Origin: Mustelus asterias
Lineage: Eukaryota
Assembly (NCBI RefSeq): GCF_964213995.1
Contig: NC_135812.1
Coordinates: 103,850,001-103,914,000, forward strand
Reading direction: 5' to 3'
Length of the DNA: 64,000 nt
Shown here: piece after piece, positions 1 to 12,104 of the stretch
Position numbering within the stretch: the stretch's first letter is position 1
Layout: every line of letters starts with the position of its first letter
Position numbers and translations under genes: made by a program
Notes under the pieces: generated by a model
Database searches by the model: none
The model's input: the letters and a program-made list of their open reading frames with translations, nothing else
Told to the model about the DNA's origin: nothing

Positions 1-1619
1 CTCACCATCTCCTTCCAGTAGGCATCTGAGTGGAGCAGGTAGGAAAAGATCCGTCGGCCAAAAATATGGTTGGACAGAAGAGAAATATTTACCCCATGAT
101 ATTTCTACTGACACAGGAACAACTCTTAGTACTTGAGAGTCTGGTAAACTGGCCGGATTTTGACTATTAACAAGGGCAGCTCAAGTTCAGAACTTTTCTG
201 ACTCACTGGACTACCATGCAAAAAGCTTTCCTGAAATGCTTGATTTTTGTTTGGGGGGAGCAATAGAGTCAATCTCCCACTTATGCCCTGCCCTCTCCAG
301 AAGCATTTGCCCTATGTTCACCGTGAGCAGACCTCAGGAACCACTTGGAGTTGAAAAAAAAACTTCTCAATGTATTATAGCTCTCATTCCTACACACCTG
401 GTAGTGAAAGAAATTTCCATTCATAGAACCCATTTGAAACTGTTAAATCACAATCTCTTATAAAAATAATCTTCCATTCAGACACCACAACAACCGAATC
501 CTTTTCATGGACTATTTAAACTGTGAATTCAGAACCATCTGAGATAATTGTAGCTTTTGAAACTCAGTCAAGCATTCATAATGACATAATGATCGCTCTT
601 GGGAAATGTCAACAAAGGATTCTATTAAAATTGCATGACCAGATTTCTATTCAAGCGGTCCAGCTGAGATTTTTTATTATCTCTCATTGACAGCTCAACC
701 TGTTTTTTTCAGTACAAGTGCTTAAAAAAAACTTCAGATCATGACAGTTGTATAGACCTTATCAGCCCTTCAAGGGCATTTACATCTACTCCTGCAATTC
801 ATGACTGCCACACTGCGGGTTAAGATCCATGCAACAGCCAAAATGTGAACTCAGCACCAAGTCTAATTGACCATGCTGAGTTCAGGTTTTATTCCTGTAT
901 GAATTACACCTTTCCTCTGCCAACAAAAACTGGATGTTGAAATTGGGGGTGGAATTTCCACATCCAGGCCCACTTGCGATTTTTTAGGGTCTGTGGAGTT
1001 TTCCAAACTTCACAAAAATCCAGCTCTCTGTCACAACATAAAAGAAAGTCTTGAGCAGTTAAGAGGTGAAATATGGACTTAATGATGCCACCCTGCAAAT
1101 TTCCACCTAATTGAGATGTACTTTGACTTGTAAATCTAAACTTGCAAAAGAAAACATGTATCACGCATTGATGCAAGCAACAAAATCTCATTTCTGAACT
1201 TGTGACAATAAAAGGTCAGAGACTGAATCAAATAGCCAGTCAATTCCAAATGACTACTGTTATCTTAATTGAATATGTTGCTGTCACTGACTAATCAAGA
1301 GCTTCTTTGTTTGGTTATTTTGCACTCTTTCTTCATTATCTTTCTAGACCATGAATCATTTTGAACAATAGAAGAAATGGGCCAACTCTGCTGTAGTCAA
1401 TCAATGTAGTGTCAAAATGGTGCAAGTTATTTTCCCTTCAAGTATCAGCACTTATGCATCACAAAAATACAGTTGAGCTTGAAAAATCTTGGCACAGAAT
1501 CACATCAAGTAAGGAATGGATGAGGTCTATCATATAATGCTTTGAAGACTATTTTGGCAAAACATTATAGTAACCCTTGGACAATGATACCAACCAAATT
1601 TGTGGGACTGTTCCTTTGT

Positions 1620-1935
1620 TGTTCAATGATGATTGAAAGAGATGCTTTTTCTGATGGGGAAGACCAAAGCCAAGGATCATAAATGTAAGATAGTCGCCAA
1701 TAAATCAAATGGGGATTTCACAAGAAATGTTTTTCAACCAGAGAATAGTTGGAATGTGTAACTTATTACTAGTTGAAATGAATAGATGGATTTAATGGGG
1801 AGCTAAAAGGAAGGAAGAAAAAGCTATGTTCATTGGGTGACACGACGTTAGGTAGGTGCAAGCTCATATGGAGCATAATAATCGATTTAGAACAGTTGCG
1901 TTTAATGGCCTGTTTTGATGCTGTACATTTTATGC
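1620..1935 (+). mobile_element. Old CR1 LINE 3' end, degenerate
   Basis: Decayed match to the CR1 ORF2 C-terminus (..RNFFTQRVV.MWN..) and the GGCCTGTT...GCTGTA..TATG tail seen in younger copies here. Confidence 0.55.
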
Positions 1936-1960
1936 AATTCAGTGTGTTAAAAAGCTTCAT

Positions 1961-2624
1961 AAGTGCGATTTTCCCGGCCCGCTGCGTTGGTTGAGTAGCT
2001 TGGTGGGCCGGGAAATGTCAATGAGTGGCCCAAAACAGGAATCGCAACAAATGTCTGGCAGGTTGCGACCTTCCCAGACCATTTTTTTCAACATAATCAG
2101 CCTCATGCCAGGGACAGCGCGAGGCGGATTACAAGATGTGAGTGATGATTTGCATTTCTTCAGCAAGCCCAGGACGGTATCGTTCGGGTTCGCAAATGTG
2201 TCCGGCCCTGCCAGTAGAGGTCCACACCAGCGGACATCACGTGTGATCCCAACAACGGGGGTCAGATGTGATGGTCTCGCTGGTGGGACTGGAGGCCATT
2301 GACGCCCCCGGAAAATCTGGGGGTGACCATTGGGCACTGCAAACCTGACATCCTGGCAGCGCCCACTGGACACCAAGCAGTGCCAAGAGGGCTGGGCCGA
2401 TGCTCAGAGGCCGGGGCTGGCGATGTCCGAGGGGCGGGGGGGACATGTGCAGTGACCCCCTCAGCAGTCTGATGCCAGCCTCTCAGGCTGGATTAGGTTT
2501 CCCCTCAACCCCCGCCCCTGTGGTGTAAATCCCTTGACGACCTCTGTGTGGCCTAAGTTCACCCAAAAACCTCCCATTTTCCTGCCCGTTGGGCACTTAG
2601 TTTTTTTGGGGGACAATTGTGCCC
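1961..2624. mobile_element. Non-autonomous PIF/Harbinger derivative
   Basis: GC-rich block bounded by degenerate TIRs (AAGTGCGATTTTCCC ... GGACAATTGTGCCC, consensus GGGCGCGATTTTCCC). CAT flanks both ends (1958-1960, 2625-2627), consistent with a 3-bp TSD. Confidence 0.65.
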
Positions 2625-3255
2625 CATATGTCCAAACCATATGTTGCATTTTATAAGAAATGATTACTTTAATCATAATACATAACTTTGTTCCGAATGG
2701 AATTCTTTAAAAATGAATTCTCTTTTTAATTTTTCTGGTTTCCCCGAACCATGCTTCAATGCCTGAGCATAAAAGTAGATAGGTGATCTGTTAACAAACA
2801 TCTGTAACTAGCCATTCAAAGGTATGCGAGAGCAAGACCTGCCAGGAACTTACGAAATGGAAGGAACTATAGACATTAAACAATTTCTCACGTTAGCACA
2901 GTGTGTTAGAGCACCAAAATGCTGTGCCTACTGTGAATGTAAAAACTTTCTCCTTTTATTTTCTTTGTATATCTGTAGCAACTGTCACATTGTGTAGGTT
3001 ACGTTTCTGTCCTTTATCAGTTAAGCAAATGCCAAATCCAATTTCAACGGTATGTGTTAGAATTTCAGTTACCTACCTTCAAGTCCAGCACCCTGAAGAG
3101 GAAATCTAAGCAAGTGTCATGAATTCTAATGGTCCACAGCTAGTGTCCATGTGGGATATTTCAGTTCCATGAACTTTCAACAACTTCCAGTTTCTCCTCC
3201 TGCTAACAAACATCCACTTTTGGGTTTCTTCGCACAGTAGAGATGTAGAGTTATT

Positions 3256-3760
3256 GGAGATGATTCTCCACTCCCAATAACTGAAGGCTGGATCACAGCT
3301 AGCCCTTTGAATCTGGTGTGAGGGCCAAAACAGGATTCTTGCTGGGCATCAAATCCATTGTGAGTCTCCTGGCCTGCCATGCTTGCCCCGATCAGGTTCC
3401 TGCCCAGAGCAGGCAAGAACCAAATTACTATGCATCCTCACTAATTTGAATCCCATTAACGGGATGGAAACTCAATTCTTTGGTCTCCTGGGATGAATAC
3501 GCCAAACCCCCCCCCAAGCGGGTGTCAAATAGTACAGGTCCTGAGAAGCATGAACCTGGCGGCTTGGACTCCAAAGGGGGGGGTGGAAGAGGTAAGTTAT
3601 ATGCCCATGTGCCCCTCTGCCAGGCTGCAGAGAGAATGTCCCCCAAGGGACCTGGAGGCTAGGTGGGCTCAGGCTGGTGGGGAAGGGATTAACCTCAGGA
3701 CTCTCCACTGGGATGAGGATCTTGTAGTCAGACCTCCCCTTCTTGCCCTGGGAAAAGTGG
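3256..3760. mobile_element. Harbinger-derived terminal fragment
   Basis: TIR-like GGAGATGATTCTCC, then an AT-rich TATGCAT..TAATTTGAAT motif and GC-rich sequence, as in the other Harbinger ends here. No second TIR seen. Confidence 0.4.
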
Positions 3761-3939
3761 AGATCATTCTTAGCATGGTGATCTCAGACAGCTTTCTGTT
3801 ACAAATCTTCACTCTTGTCTGTGTGTTGTTAAACCTTTGAAGTGGCCTGGTCACTTTAATATTCATACCACTAGGCATCTGGAAGCCATCAAAATCACAA
3901 GCACTCCATTCTAAAGAAGGGATTCCTCTTGTTGCTTTT

Positions 3940-4450
3940 CGGAAGTTCCAGGTGTGAGCATACCCCTTTAAAGTACTATGATTGACAGGAGAAGTCAGTT
4001 TCATTCGGGGAAATTCCCCTTTCAAGCTTGAGTGAACTGCAGCTTCTATCTTATCTCTGAGGAGAGAAAGGCTGTCAATTTCATGTGCACCATTAGGTTT
4101 TGTTTATATACTCAGCTCCTGCTGCACTGAGATTCAGGAGGCTGTTTGACTGACAGTCCAAACTATATCAAAGGGATGAGCTTTGTTTATTTACATAAGG
4201 AAAAAAGGTGCAATTAGCTAAAAGCTCTTTGACTGACAGCTTCAATGAAGATCAAAGCCTGCATTGTTGATACAATCATTACACGCCTCATTAACCCTGA
4301 AGAACTTCCTCTTTCCACCAGTGTTCAGTTTGGCCCCAGGTTTTTAACATTGCAGTTTCCTTTCAAGTCTATGGCTATACTGAGAGGCCAGAATGCTTTG
4401 TTTACATTCAATACTTTTAACCCTGAATGACAGGTCCCGGCTATCTCACA
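3940..4450. promoter_or_regulatory. Candidate developmental enhancer (PBX/MEIS, TCF/LEF, FOX, NF-kB motif cluster)
   Basis: TGATTGACAG 3979-3988; TTTGACTGACAG at 4145-4156 and 4228-4239; TGAATGACAG 4424-4433; ATCAAAG at 4167 and 4251; palindromic GGGGAAATTCCCC 4007-4019. No TE similarity recognised. Confidence 0.45.
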
Positions 4451-4492
4451 GCATTAAACAGCTTTGTTTGATTTTCTTTACCTTCACGGTTC

Positions 4493-4811
4493 ACAGAATC
4501 CCTACAAGCAGAAGGGATTGCATTTGACCCACCTACTCCACACCAACTCTCCAACAAAGCATCGCATCCAGGCCCCAGCCATGTAACCCCACATATTTAC
4601 CCCGCTAATTCTCCTACCTTACACATCTTTGGACACTAAGGAGCACCTAACCCATATATCTTTTGACTGAGAGGAAACCGGAGCATCCAGAGGAAATCAA
4701 TGCAGACATGGGGGGAAATGTGCAACGTCCACGCAGTTACCCAAGACCAGAATCAAACTATGGTCCCTGGCACTGTGAGGCAGCAGTTCTAACCAATTCC
4801 ACCGTGCCACC
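4493..4811 (-). mobile_element. HE1-type V-SINE
   Basis: Reverse complement has a tRNA-like head (GGTGGCACGGTGG..TGGTTAG..CTGCTGCCTCACAG), the V-domain (GTTGCACATT..TCTGCATTG..TTCCTCTGGATGCTCCGGTTTCCTC) and a ..GTAGGGATTCTGTG CR1-type tail. Confidence 0.85.
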
Positions 4812-5100
4812 TTGATTGAATCTGAAGTACTTCCTTTTTTCTAACTGCAGTTTTTAAACAGTCTTAAGCTTTTTTCTGAAGACTGTGGATCAATTCTTTG
4901 AGTTGATTTCTGCATCCTCAGGTTCTCAGATACTCTCAATACTTAAATGTAGATCAAACCAGGAAAGCAAACATGTCCTGTTTTCATTACTGTTCTGTTA
5001 ATAGCTTCTTTTGGTTGGTTAGGTCACTTATGCCACATACCAATCTGTCTTGCAACATTTCATTAAAAGGTAGTCCAAATTTGCAATATATGGCTAATAA

Positions 5101-5403
5101 GGGAGGCACAGTAGCACAGTGGTTGGCACTGCTGCCTCACAGCACCAGGGACCTGGGTTTGATTCCTGGCTTGGGTCACTGTCTGTGGGGAGTCTGCACG
5201 TTCTCCCAGTCTCTGCATGTGGTTCCTCTGGATGCTCCGATTTCCTCCCACAGTGCAAAAGACATGCTGGTTAGGTGCATTGGCCACGCTAAATTCTCCC
5301 TCAGTGTACCTGAAAGGTGCCAGAGTGTGGTGATTAGTGGATTTTCACAGCAACTTCATTGCAGTGTTAATGTAAGTCTACTTGCGACACTAATAAATAA
5401 ACT
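5101..5403 (+). mobile_element. V-SINE with alternative (non-CR1) 3' tail
   Basis: Pol III A/B-box-like head (GGCACAGTAGCACAGTGGTT..; GGTTTGATTCC) and V-domain. Ends TGTAAGTCTACTTGCGACACTAATAAATAAACT. Same family as 43855-44150. Confidence 0.85.
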
Positions 5404-5748
5404 TAAGTAGGTAATGCAATAGAGTTGGATTCCGGCAGAAACTTGAGTCAAATAGCTTTGAAACACATATTCCTCCATGACAGCTTTACACATCCTCTAC
5501 TCAACTCCATCCAAACTCAACCTCACAATTTACTGATCCATCTAAATTATTCTTACCAACAAGTTTGCATGAATATAATTAACTTTGGGAGCATGACATG
5601 CTGCACTGAAGTTTGTTCTAGATCCATTTCCCCATTTATCAAGTTCCTTATCTCCAGTAAGAGGGGAGCACCACCCACAGATCAGACATTTCTATAAAAC
5701 TGATTCAGATTAGAACACTGACATTTTAACTCTGGAGCCTGGGAACAA

Positions 5749-5892
5749 CAGTAAGAAGTCTCACAACACCAGGTTAAAGTCCAACAGGTTTATTTGGCAG
5801 CACTAGCTTTTGGAGTCTCAAGCTCCTTCATCTGGTGTTGTGAGACTTCTTACTGTGCTTACCCCAGTCCAAAGCCAGCATCTCCACATCAT
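5749..5892 (+). mobile_element. 144-bp fold-back Penelope-like mini insertion
   Basis: Inverted repeat CAGTAAGAAGTCTCACAACACCAG / CTGGTGTTGTGAGACTTCTTACTG. PLE terminus ..GCATCTCCACATCAT. TSD GCCT(G/C)GGAACAA at 5737-5748 and 5893-5904. Confidence 0.8.
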
Positions 5893-6294
5893 GCCTCGGA
5901 ACAAACCCATCCAAATGACTGGATGAAAGTCTTGTTGCTTTGTCTTAAGAATCTACCAAAAGTATCTGTGGTACATTGGTCTAGGCAATTTCAGCCAAAT
6001 TTTTGTGGCTGTAGGTGCATAACTCAAACTGTTTCACAATTTGATACAAATTGACACTCAATTGGAAACCTCATTCAGAGAAGCTATTAATAAAGCTGAC
6101 AAAGGAAATCAAAACACTAACCTGGTACAGTATGGCTCTTTTCTAAGGTTAGGGTTGCAGTTTGGTACAAAGCTGAGGTAGCTATACTTTTCATATACTC
6201 CATATTGTGGTAGACCAGAAAACATTGACTATTGAACTAAAAGTGTTCCATTCAAATTAATATCCTTTACCAAAAATGACACAAAGAATTAAAG

Positions 6295-7340
6295 TGGACG
6301 GAATTCTCCCAAAAAATTTCTAAGTGTCATAATGGCGAGGATAATGGCGTGATTGGCACTGGTCTCTCAGGCACGCGCCGCATTCCAAACCTCTCACACT
6401 GTCACATTTTTGTAGAGTTGGGGGTTTTGCACCAGTACTGGGGGGTGGGTGGGGGGGGGACACCGATGAGTCTGACTCAGAGTACTCGAGTGCTGTTTCA
6501 TGAGGGTGCCCCGATCTCCCAGTGCACTGGGAGACCCCATCTCTCGCCCCACGGACATCGGGACTACCACCCCCATCGGTGGTATGTCCCCCATGACCTC
6601 CCCAAAATTGAGACCTTCCCGATGGATCTGCTTGCACAACCCCCAACATGCTCCCCCATCATGATCTCTGACATGTTCCCCAACTCCCTCCCCATCATGA
6701 CCCCTTTCATGCTTCACCCCTGCACATATCCCCCACAATCACGGCCCACTGTCATAGCCTCTGCTCAGGTCCCACTCAGGCCCCACCCCCTTGGTATAAC
6801 CGCTGGCACATTGTTGGTAGCCAACTGGCACCGCCGGGCTATCCAGTGGCCACTGCCAATCTGTCTGGTGGCCACTGTCGGGTACCACCTGTGTGCCAGG
6901 TGGGCACTGCCCGATTGGCACCACCTGGCCATGCCCCCAACCACCAGCCATGATCAAAATGAATAGCAGATCAGGCTCAAAGGGCTGAATGGCCTACTCC
7001 TGCTTCTATTTTATATGATTCTATGTTTCAGTGGCCTCCAAGTCTCCAGGCATGACCGTTGTGGCAGGTCTCTGATAGTAGAGGCCAGTAGTGATTTCCA
7101 CTGTTCTCATGCTGCGTCTGAAGACCGGAGACTGCTGTGAGCTGGGATTTGAACAGGCTGTGTATATTTAAATGCTATTTTAAACATGCTGATTGGGCTC
7201 ATGCTCTTTCTGGGAATGAACAGGTTCGCGCCATTGCAAACTGTTTGGCGCCAGGTGTGAAATGGATTTTTAGGCTCGCACACTGTTCTCCGAGATCAGC
7301 GCAATCTACTAACGGCATGGCAAGGTTGGAGAATCAACCC
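6295..7340. mobile_element. Non-autonomous Harbinger derivative with nested CR1 tail (6946-7028)
   Basis: TIR-like GGACGGAATTCTCC ... GGAGAATCAACCC around a GC-rich interior. Subterminal ATTTAAATGC motif. CR1 tail CAGCCATGATC..GGCCTACTCCTGCTTCTA inside. Confidence 0.6.
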
Positions 7341-8483
7341 TAATATCTGTGTGCCAGATCATTGCCTTTAAGTATTTTTAACCATTCAAAGCTGACCCAA
7401 ATCAATGATTCAAAAGTATTGTTTGAAAATAAGCTGCATGATGTTTGTATTCTATGTTTCAACATTCAAAGGTCATTTCCATCACTCTTTTGAAAATAGA
7501 TCAACATTTGTTGTAAGTGTTGTACGTAGATTTGCTATTTATACTGCTTGGGCACTAAGGTTTATCTGGTTTACGCTTCAAAAAGCTTCAGATGAGAAAA
7601 AAGATAACTGACAATATATGCCAGTATCCTGTGATTCTTGGTTGATGAGTTCAAAGGACATGAGGTTGATAGGCACAGAGAACAAAAGACAACATTTAAA
7701 TGAACAAGGAATGAATTTCGGAACTATATTAGGAAGCACTTTTTAGCTCAAAGGCTGTTGCTTGAAATTATTTGCCAGGCAAGCTAATCAAAATACAGAG
7801 ACTAGAGGTGCTTCAAATTGTAATCAGATTAGGCTTAGGCTACTGGAAGATGAACTCTAATGGTCTGAATAGTCTTTGACCTTTCTAATGACAGGCACTA
7901 ACTGTAAAAGTTGCAAAACAGTGGCCTGGAATTTGGAGTCCTCCATTTCTAATTGCCTCCCTGTGAAAAAATCCTTGGTACTATTGGCAGCAATGCAATC
8001 ACAAACCCACTTCCTACCAACATGCCTCTGCCTACATAATGATAAACTTGAAGATGGTCATTCCAATCAACAGTTAATACATGCCTAATGTATTAGACAT
8101 TCCACACTATAAAGAAAAAAAAATGCTTATAGCATCAATTCCTCCTAATGGCCTATTGTTTTTTGCATGTGAATTTTTCAGACACATCTAATGTAAAAAA
8201 GTATGTCAGACAAATGTAGCCTTCTGAACATTTTCCATGATGCATAATTATTATGTTGTTGAAAAATACCCAAGGACCTTCTGCATGGTGAACTAGCTGC
8301 TGGGTCAGGACCCCCTGAGTGTCCATACCTCAATTACAAGGACACTTGAACATAAAATGCAACCATCTCTTGGGAGATGGAAGGTTGCCACGGAGAGAAA
8401 TAAAATATAATCTTATGTACAGATTATTCAAAATTGATTTTGACTGTACACATAGCCAGTTATGGTGTTTACTATACAGCAGT

Positions 8484-9403
8484 CATGAGGTGGAGTTGCC
8501 GGCGTTGGACTGGCGTAGGCGCAGTAAGTAATCTCACAACACCAGATTAAAGTCCAACAAGTTTATTTGGTAGCACGAGTTTTCGGAGTGTTGTCCCTTC
8601 ATCAGGTGAGTGAAGAGTTCGGTTCACAAACAGGGCATATATAAAGACACAAACTCAATTACAAGATAATGGTTGGAATGCGAATCTTAACAGGTAATCA
8701 AGTCTTTACAGGTGCAGACAATGTGAGTGGAGAGAGGGTTAAGCACAGGTTAAAGAGGTGTGAATTGTCTCAAGCCAAGACAAGTAGTGAGATTTTGCAA
8801 GCCCAGGCAAGGCGTGGAGGTTACAGACAGTGTTGACATGAACCCAAGATCCCGGTTAGTGCCCGTCATTAGACAACGGATGAATGGACACCGCTCGACA
8901 ATCACCAGGCAGGAATGAACTTCCTGTCGGGGAACACTTCAACAGTCAAGGGATTCAGCCTCTGATCTTTGGGTAAGCGTTCTCCAAGGCGGCCTTCAAG
9001 ATACACGACAATGCAGAATCGCTCAGCAGAAACTGATAGCCAAGTTCCGCAAACATGAGGACGGCCTCAACCGGGATCTTGGGTTCATGTCACACTATCT
9101 GTAACCCCCACAACTTGTCTGGGCTTTCAAAATCTCACTAACTGTCCTGGCTTGAGACAATTCACACCTCTTTAACCTGTGCTTAACTCTCTCTCCACTT
9201 ACATCGTCTGCACTTGTAAAGGCTTGATTACCTGTTAAGATTTGCATTCCAACCATTATCTTGTAATTGAGTTTGTGTCTATAAATATGCCCTGTTTGTG
9301 AACCGAACTCTTCACTCACCTGATGAAGGGGCAACGCTCCAAAAGCTCATGCTACCAAATAAACCTGTTGGACTTTAACCTAGTGTTGTGAGATTACTTA
9401 CTG
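8484..9403. mobile_element. Penelope-like element, fold-back structure with GIY-YIG C-terminal remnant
   Basis: About 330-bp inverted repeat (8523-8857 vs 9069-9403). The loop encodes ..QRMNGHRSTITRQ..VGEHF..EQKLIAKFR..GLNRDLGFMSHY-like sequence. TSD TACTATACAG(C/T)AGT at 8470-8483 and 9404-9417. Confidence 0.85.
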
Positions 9404-10129
9404 TACTATACAGTAGTACAGTTACAGGGAGTTATCATTCACAACAGTAGATCACTCGATGTAGAGTGCAATTAAATGTCAGATGAAGTTGCATCGCTCA
9501 GTGCACTGAGTACGTTATAATAACTTTTCAACCTTTGGTACTTTGTGCTGTGTGCATTCTCTGTGTCTCCATACTCAGATAATTTATAATCCAGTTTAGA
9601 AATAACCAATTCGCTCTTGCTGATCATTTTCCTTTTTCGCGCTGTTTTATAGAAGTATAATCTAGGACTAGTGTTATTTCATAATCTGGGTCACCTGCAA
9701 ATTCCAGCAGGCAGCGGAACTTTAAAAAGTTATTGAAAGATTTATTTGCTCTTCCAATGGTAGAACATTCCACCTGTGCAAAATGCTCCACTTCGTGGCC
9801 TGCAGATTATCAACAAACATTCATAAGTCGTTAACCAATCACAAAACTGCAATTCAGCTTGGACGTGAGCTCAGGTCCTTTTCTGATATGGTGTGCAAAA
9901 TTTCTGCCACTAGAGCTACAAGAGTGTAGATCACCTGGGTCACAGTTCAAAAATTATTTCTGTATCGGTTCATCCAAATCAAAAGATAATGGCCTGAATG
10001 GAAACAGCTGCAGGTAAACTTTATGATTCTCACTGAGAAACTGTTCTGTGCAAACAAGTATTTAACTGTATATTGGTAATTGGATTTTAACTGGTTACAA
10101 AAGATTAACAATTATATCACATTTTAAGC

Positions 10130-10918
10130 TCTTTACAGCCAATTTATTTAAATGTGATTTGCATGGCATTAGCAAGCCCAGGATGCAATCGTCCGGACTC
10201 ACTTGCCTTTGCTGCCTCGCCGGAAGAGGTTCTCTCTGGCGATGAAAACACTTGTTCGCCATGTAACGGAAACATTCGTGTTGCCTCACCAGTAGAACCG
10301 GAGGCCATTGAGGCCTCCCCAAGGAGGTTGAGGGCAAAGGGGAGGAGTACCTTGGGAAGTGCTAACCTGGGCATCTTGGCAATGCCCACCGGACAGTGCC
10401 AGGGGGCAGTGCCTGTGGGGGACAGGCTGTGGCGGTCTGATTGGGAGGGGTGGACGCTGCCATTCTGCCTTTGATCAGTGGGGGATGGGGGGAACATTGC
10501 TGCTCTGCCGGAAATTGGTGGGGAGAAGGGGAAAGCTGCCACTCTGCGTGCGATCGGTGGGGCGCAATCGGTCTGGGTAGCGGGAGCAATATTTCCGGGC
10601 GGTGTTGGGCTTGAGATCAGCTGCGGGCCAAATGATAGCGGAGGGGGGGCGTTCTTTGAGGCTGGCCTGACAGCTCTCTCTCTCTGTCCTCTGCTGTTGC
10701 AATTGCACATGTGCAACCACAAAGTTCTGCACATGCGCAACAGCTCTCTTTGCTGCTAGAGCAAGCTGGCTGGCAAGTTAAGCCCTGCTCACTGCCTCTA
10801 GTAGCTAGAAACAGCCTAGCCCATTTTTTCATGCACTAACTGCATAAGATTGGGAGTAAAGACTCACCCCAAAAAAGCGTTTCTAAACACTTAGAATTTT
10901 TATTGTAAAATCGTCCCG
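10130..10918. mobile_element. Non-autonomous Harbinger derivative
   Basis: Right end GTAAAATCGTCCC resembles the TIR of 31661-35300. Contains GCACATGCGCA and ATTTAAATGTGATTTGCAT motifs shared with that element. Confidence 0.6.
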
Positions 10919-11295
10919 TGTCTGCTTTACTCCCAGTTTCAGGTTTATCACTCATTCGCACCACCACGCACCAACATACACACTCTAACCCTCTCAAATT
11001 CTAGTCATTTTCATGGATTACCTTTTTTTAAACATGACAATTTATTGTTGACGATGCTTTATTTTTGTTCAGTAATTGTTTATTTTCTCTTTTTCTTTAA
11101 ATTCTGTTGAAAATTGTGCTAAACTTTATCTTTGTAAAATTTGCTTTGTTTGAGAAAAAAATGGAAATGTGGCCCCAAAAGTTCACTAACTCTCAGCAGG
11201 ACCAGAAAAGTTTGGTGGTGGGCGGGGCCAGAAAATTCCAGTAACTGTCAGTATGATGGATTTTAAAAGTCAAGCATTGTTCTGTGTGAGGGAGA

Positions 11296-11422
11296 CAATG
11301 GCACAGTGGTGTTATTATTGGACTAGTATTCCAGACAGTCAGGGTAATGCTCTGGGGACCTGGGTCTGAATCCTACCATGGCAGATGTTGTAATTTGAAT
11401 TCAGTAAAAAGAAATCTGGAAT
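11296..11422 (+). mobile_element. tRNA-derived SINE 5' half, truncated at a CR1
   Basis: GGCACAGTGGT..GGACTAGTATTCCAGA..GGGACCTGGGTCTGAATCCTACCATGGCAG. Same family as 62780-63152. Confidence 0.65.
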
Positions 11423-12085
11423 ATCCTGCTGTATTGTCCGACAATGTTCATCGCTATCTGCAAGTCCAGCCATCTTCGTGTCATCCGCAAACTTGCTGAT
11501 AACACCAGTTACACCTTCTTCCAAATCATTTATATATATCACAAATAGCAGAGGTCCCAGTACAAAGCCCTGCGGAACACCACTGGTCACAGACCTCCAG
11601 CCGGAAAAAGACCCTTCGACTGCTACCCTCTGTCTCCTATGGCCAAGCCAGTTCTCCACCCATCTAGCCACCTCTCCTTGTATCCCATGAGCCTTAACCT
11701 TCTTAACCAACCTGCCATGAGGGACTTTGTCAAATGCCTTACTGAAATCCATATAGACGACATCCACAGCCCTCCCTTCGTCAACCGTTTTCGTCACTTG
11801 CTCAAAAAACTCCACCAAATTTGTAAGGCACGACCTCCCTCTTACAAAACCATGCTGTCTGTCACTAATGAGATTGTTCTGTTCTAAATGCGCATACATC
11901 CTGTCTCTAAGAATCCTCTCCAACAACTTCCCTGCCACAGACGTCAAGCTCACTGGCCTATAATTACCCGGGTTATCCCTGCTACCCTTCTTAAATAACG
12001 GTACCACATTCGCTGTCCTCCAATCCTCAGGGACCTCACCTGTGTCCAATGAAGAGACAAAAATTTCCATCAGAGGCCCAGCAAT
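11423..12085 (-). pseudogene. CR1 LINE reverse transcriptase fragment
   Basis: ORF 11339-12103 contains NYRPVSLTS, QHGF, YMDFSKAFDKVPH, SGVPQG and FADDTK. Truncated at both ends. Confidence 0.95.
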
Positions 12086-12104
12086 GCTCCTGCAATGCTT
12101 CAAT

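Noticed and set aside
945-1108. Possible MITE (GGGGTGGAATTTCC ... GCAAATTTCCACCT)
   Set aside because: Ends are too degenerate and there is no clear TSD, so it is not listed as a feature.
3071-3110. Possible 16-nt minus-strand microexon (TTTCCTCTTCAG|GGTGCTGGACTTGAAG|GTAGGT, 3077-3092)
   Set aside because: Splice signals alone occur by chance. It is not frame-preserving and no partner exons were identified; RNA-seq would be needed.
5101-5170. tRNA gene
   Set aside because: A/B boxes are present but the sequence runs into the SINE V-domain, with no complete cloverleaf.
6349-6966. 205-aa Pro/His-rich ORF
   Set aside because: Lies in GC-rich Harbinger-derived sequence where stops are rare, and runs into a CR1 tail.
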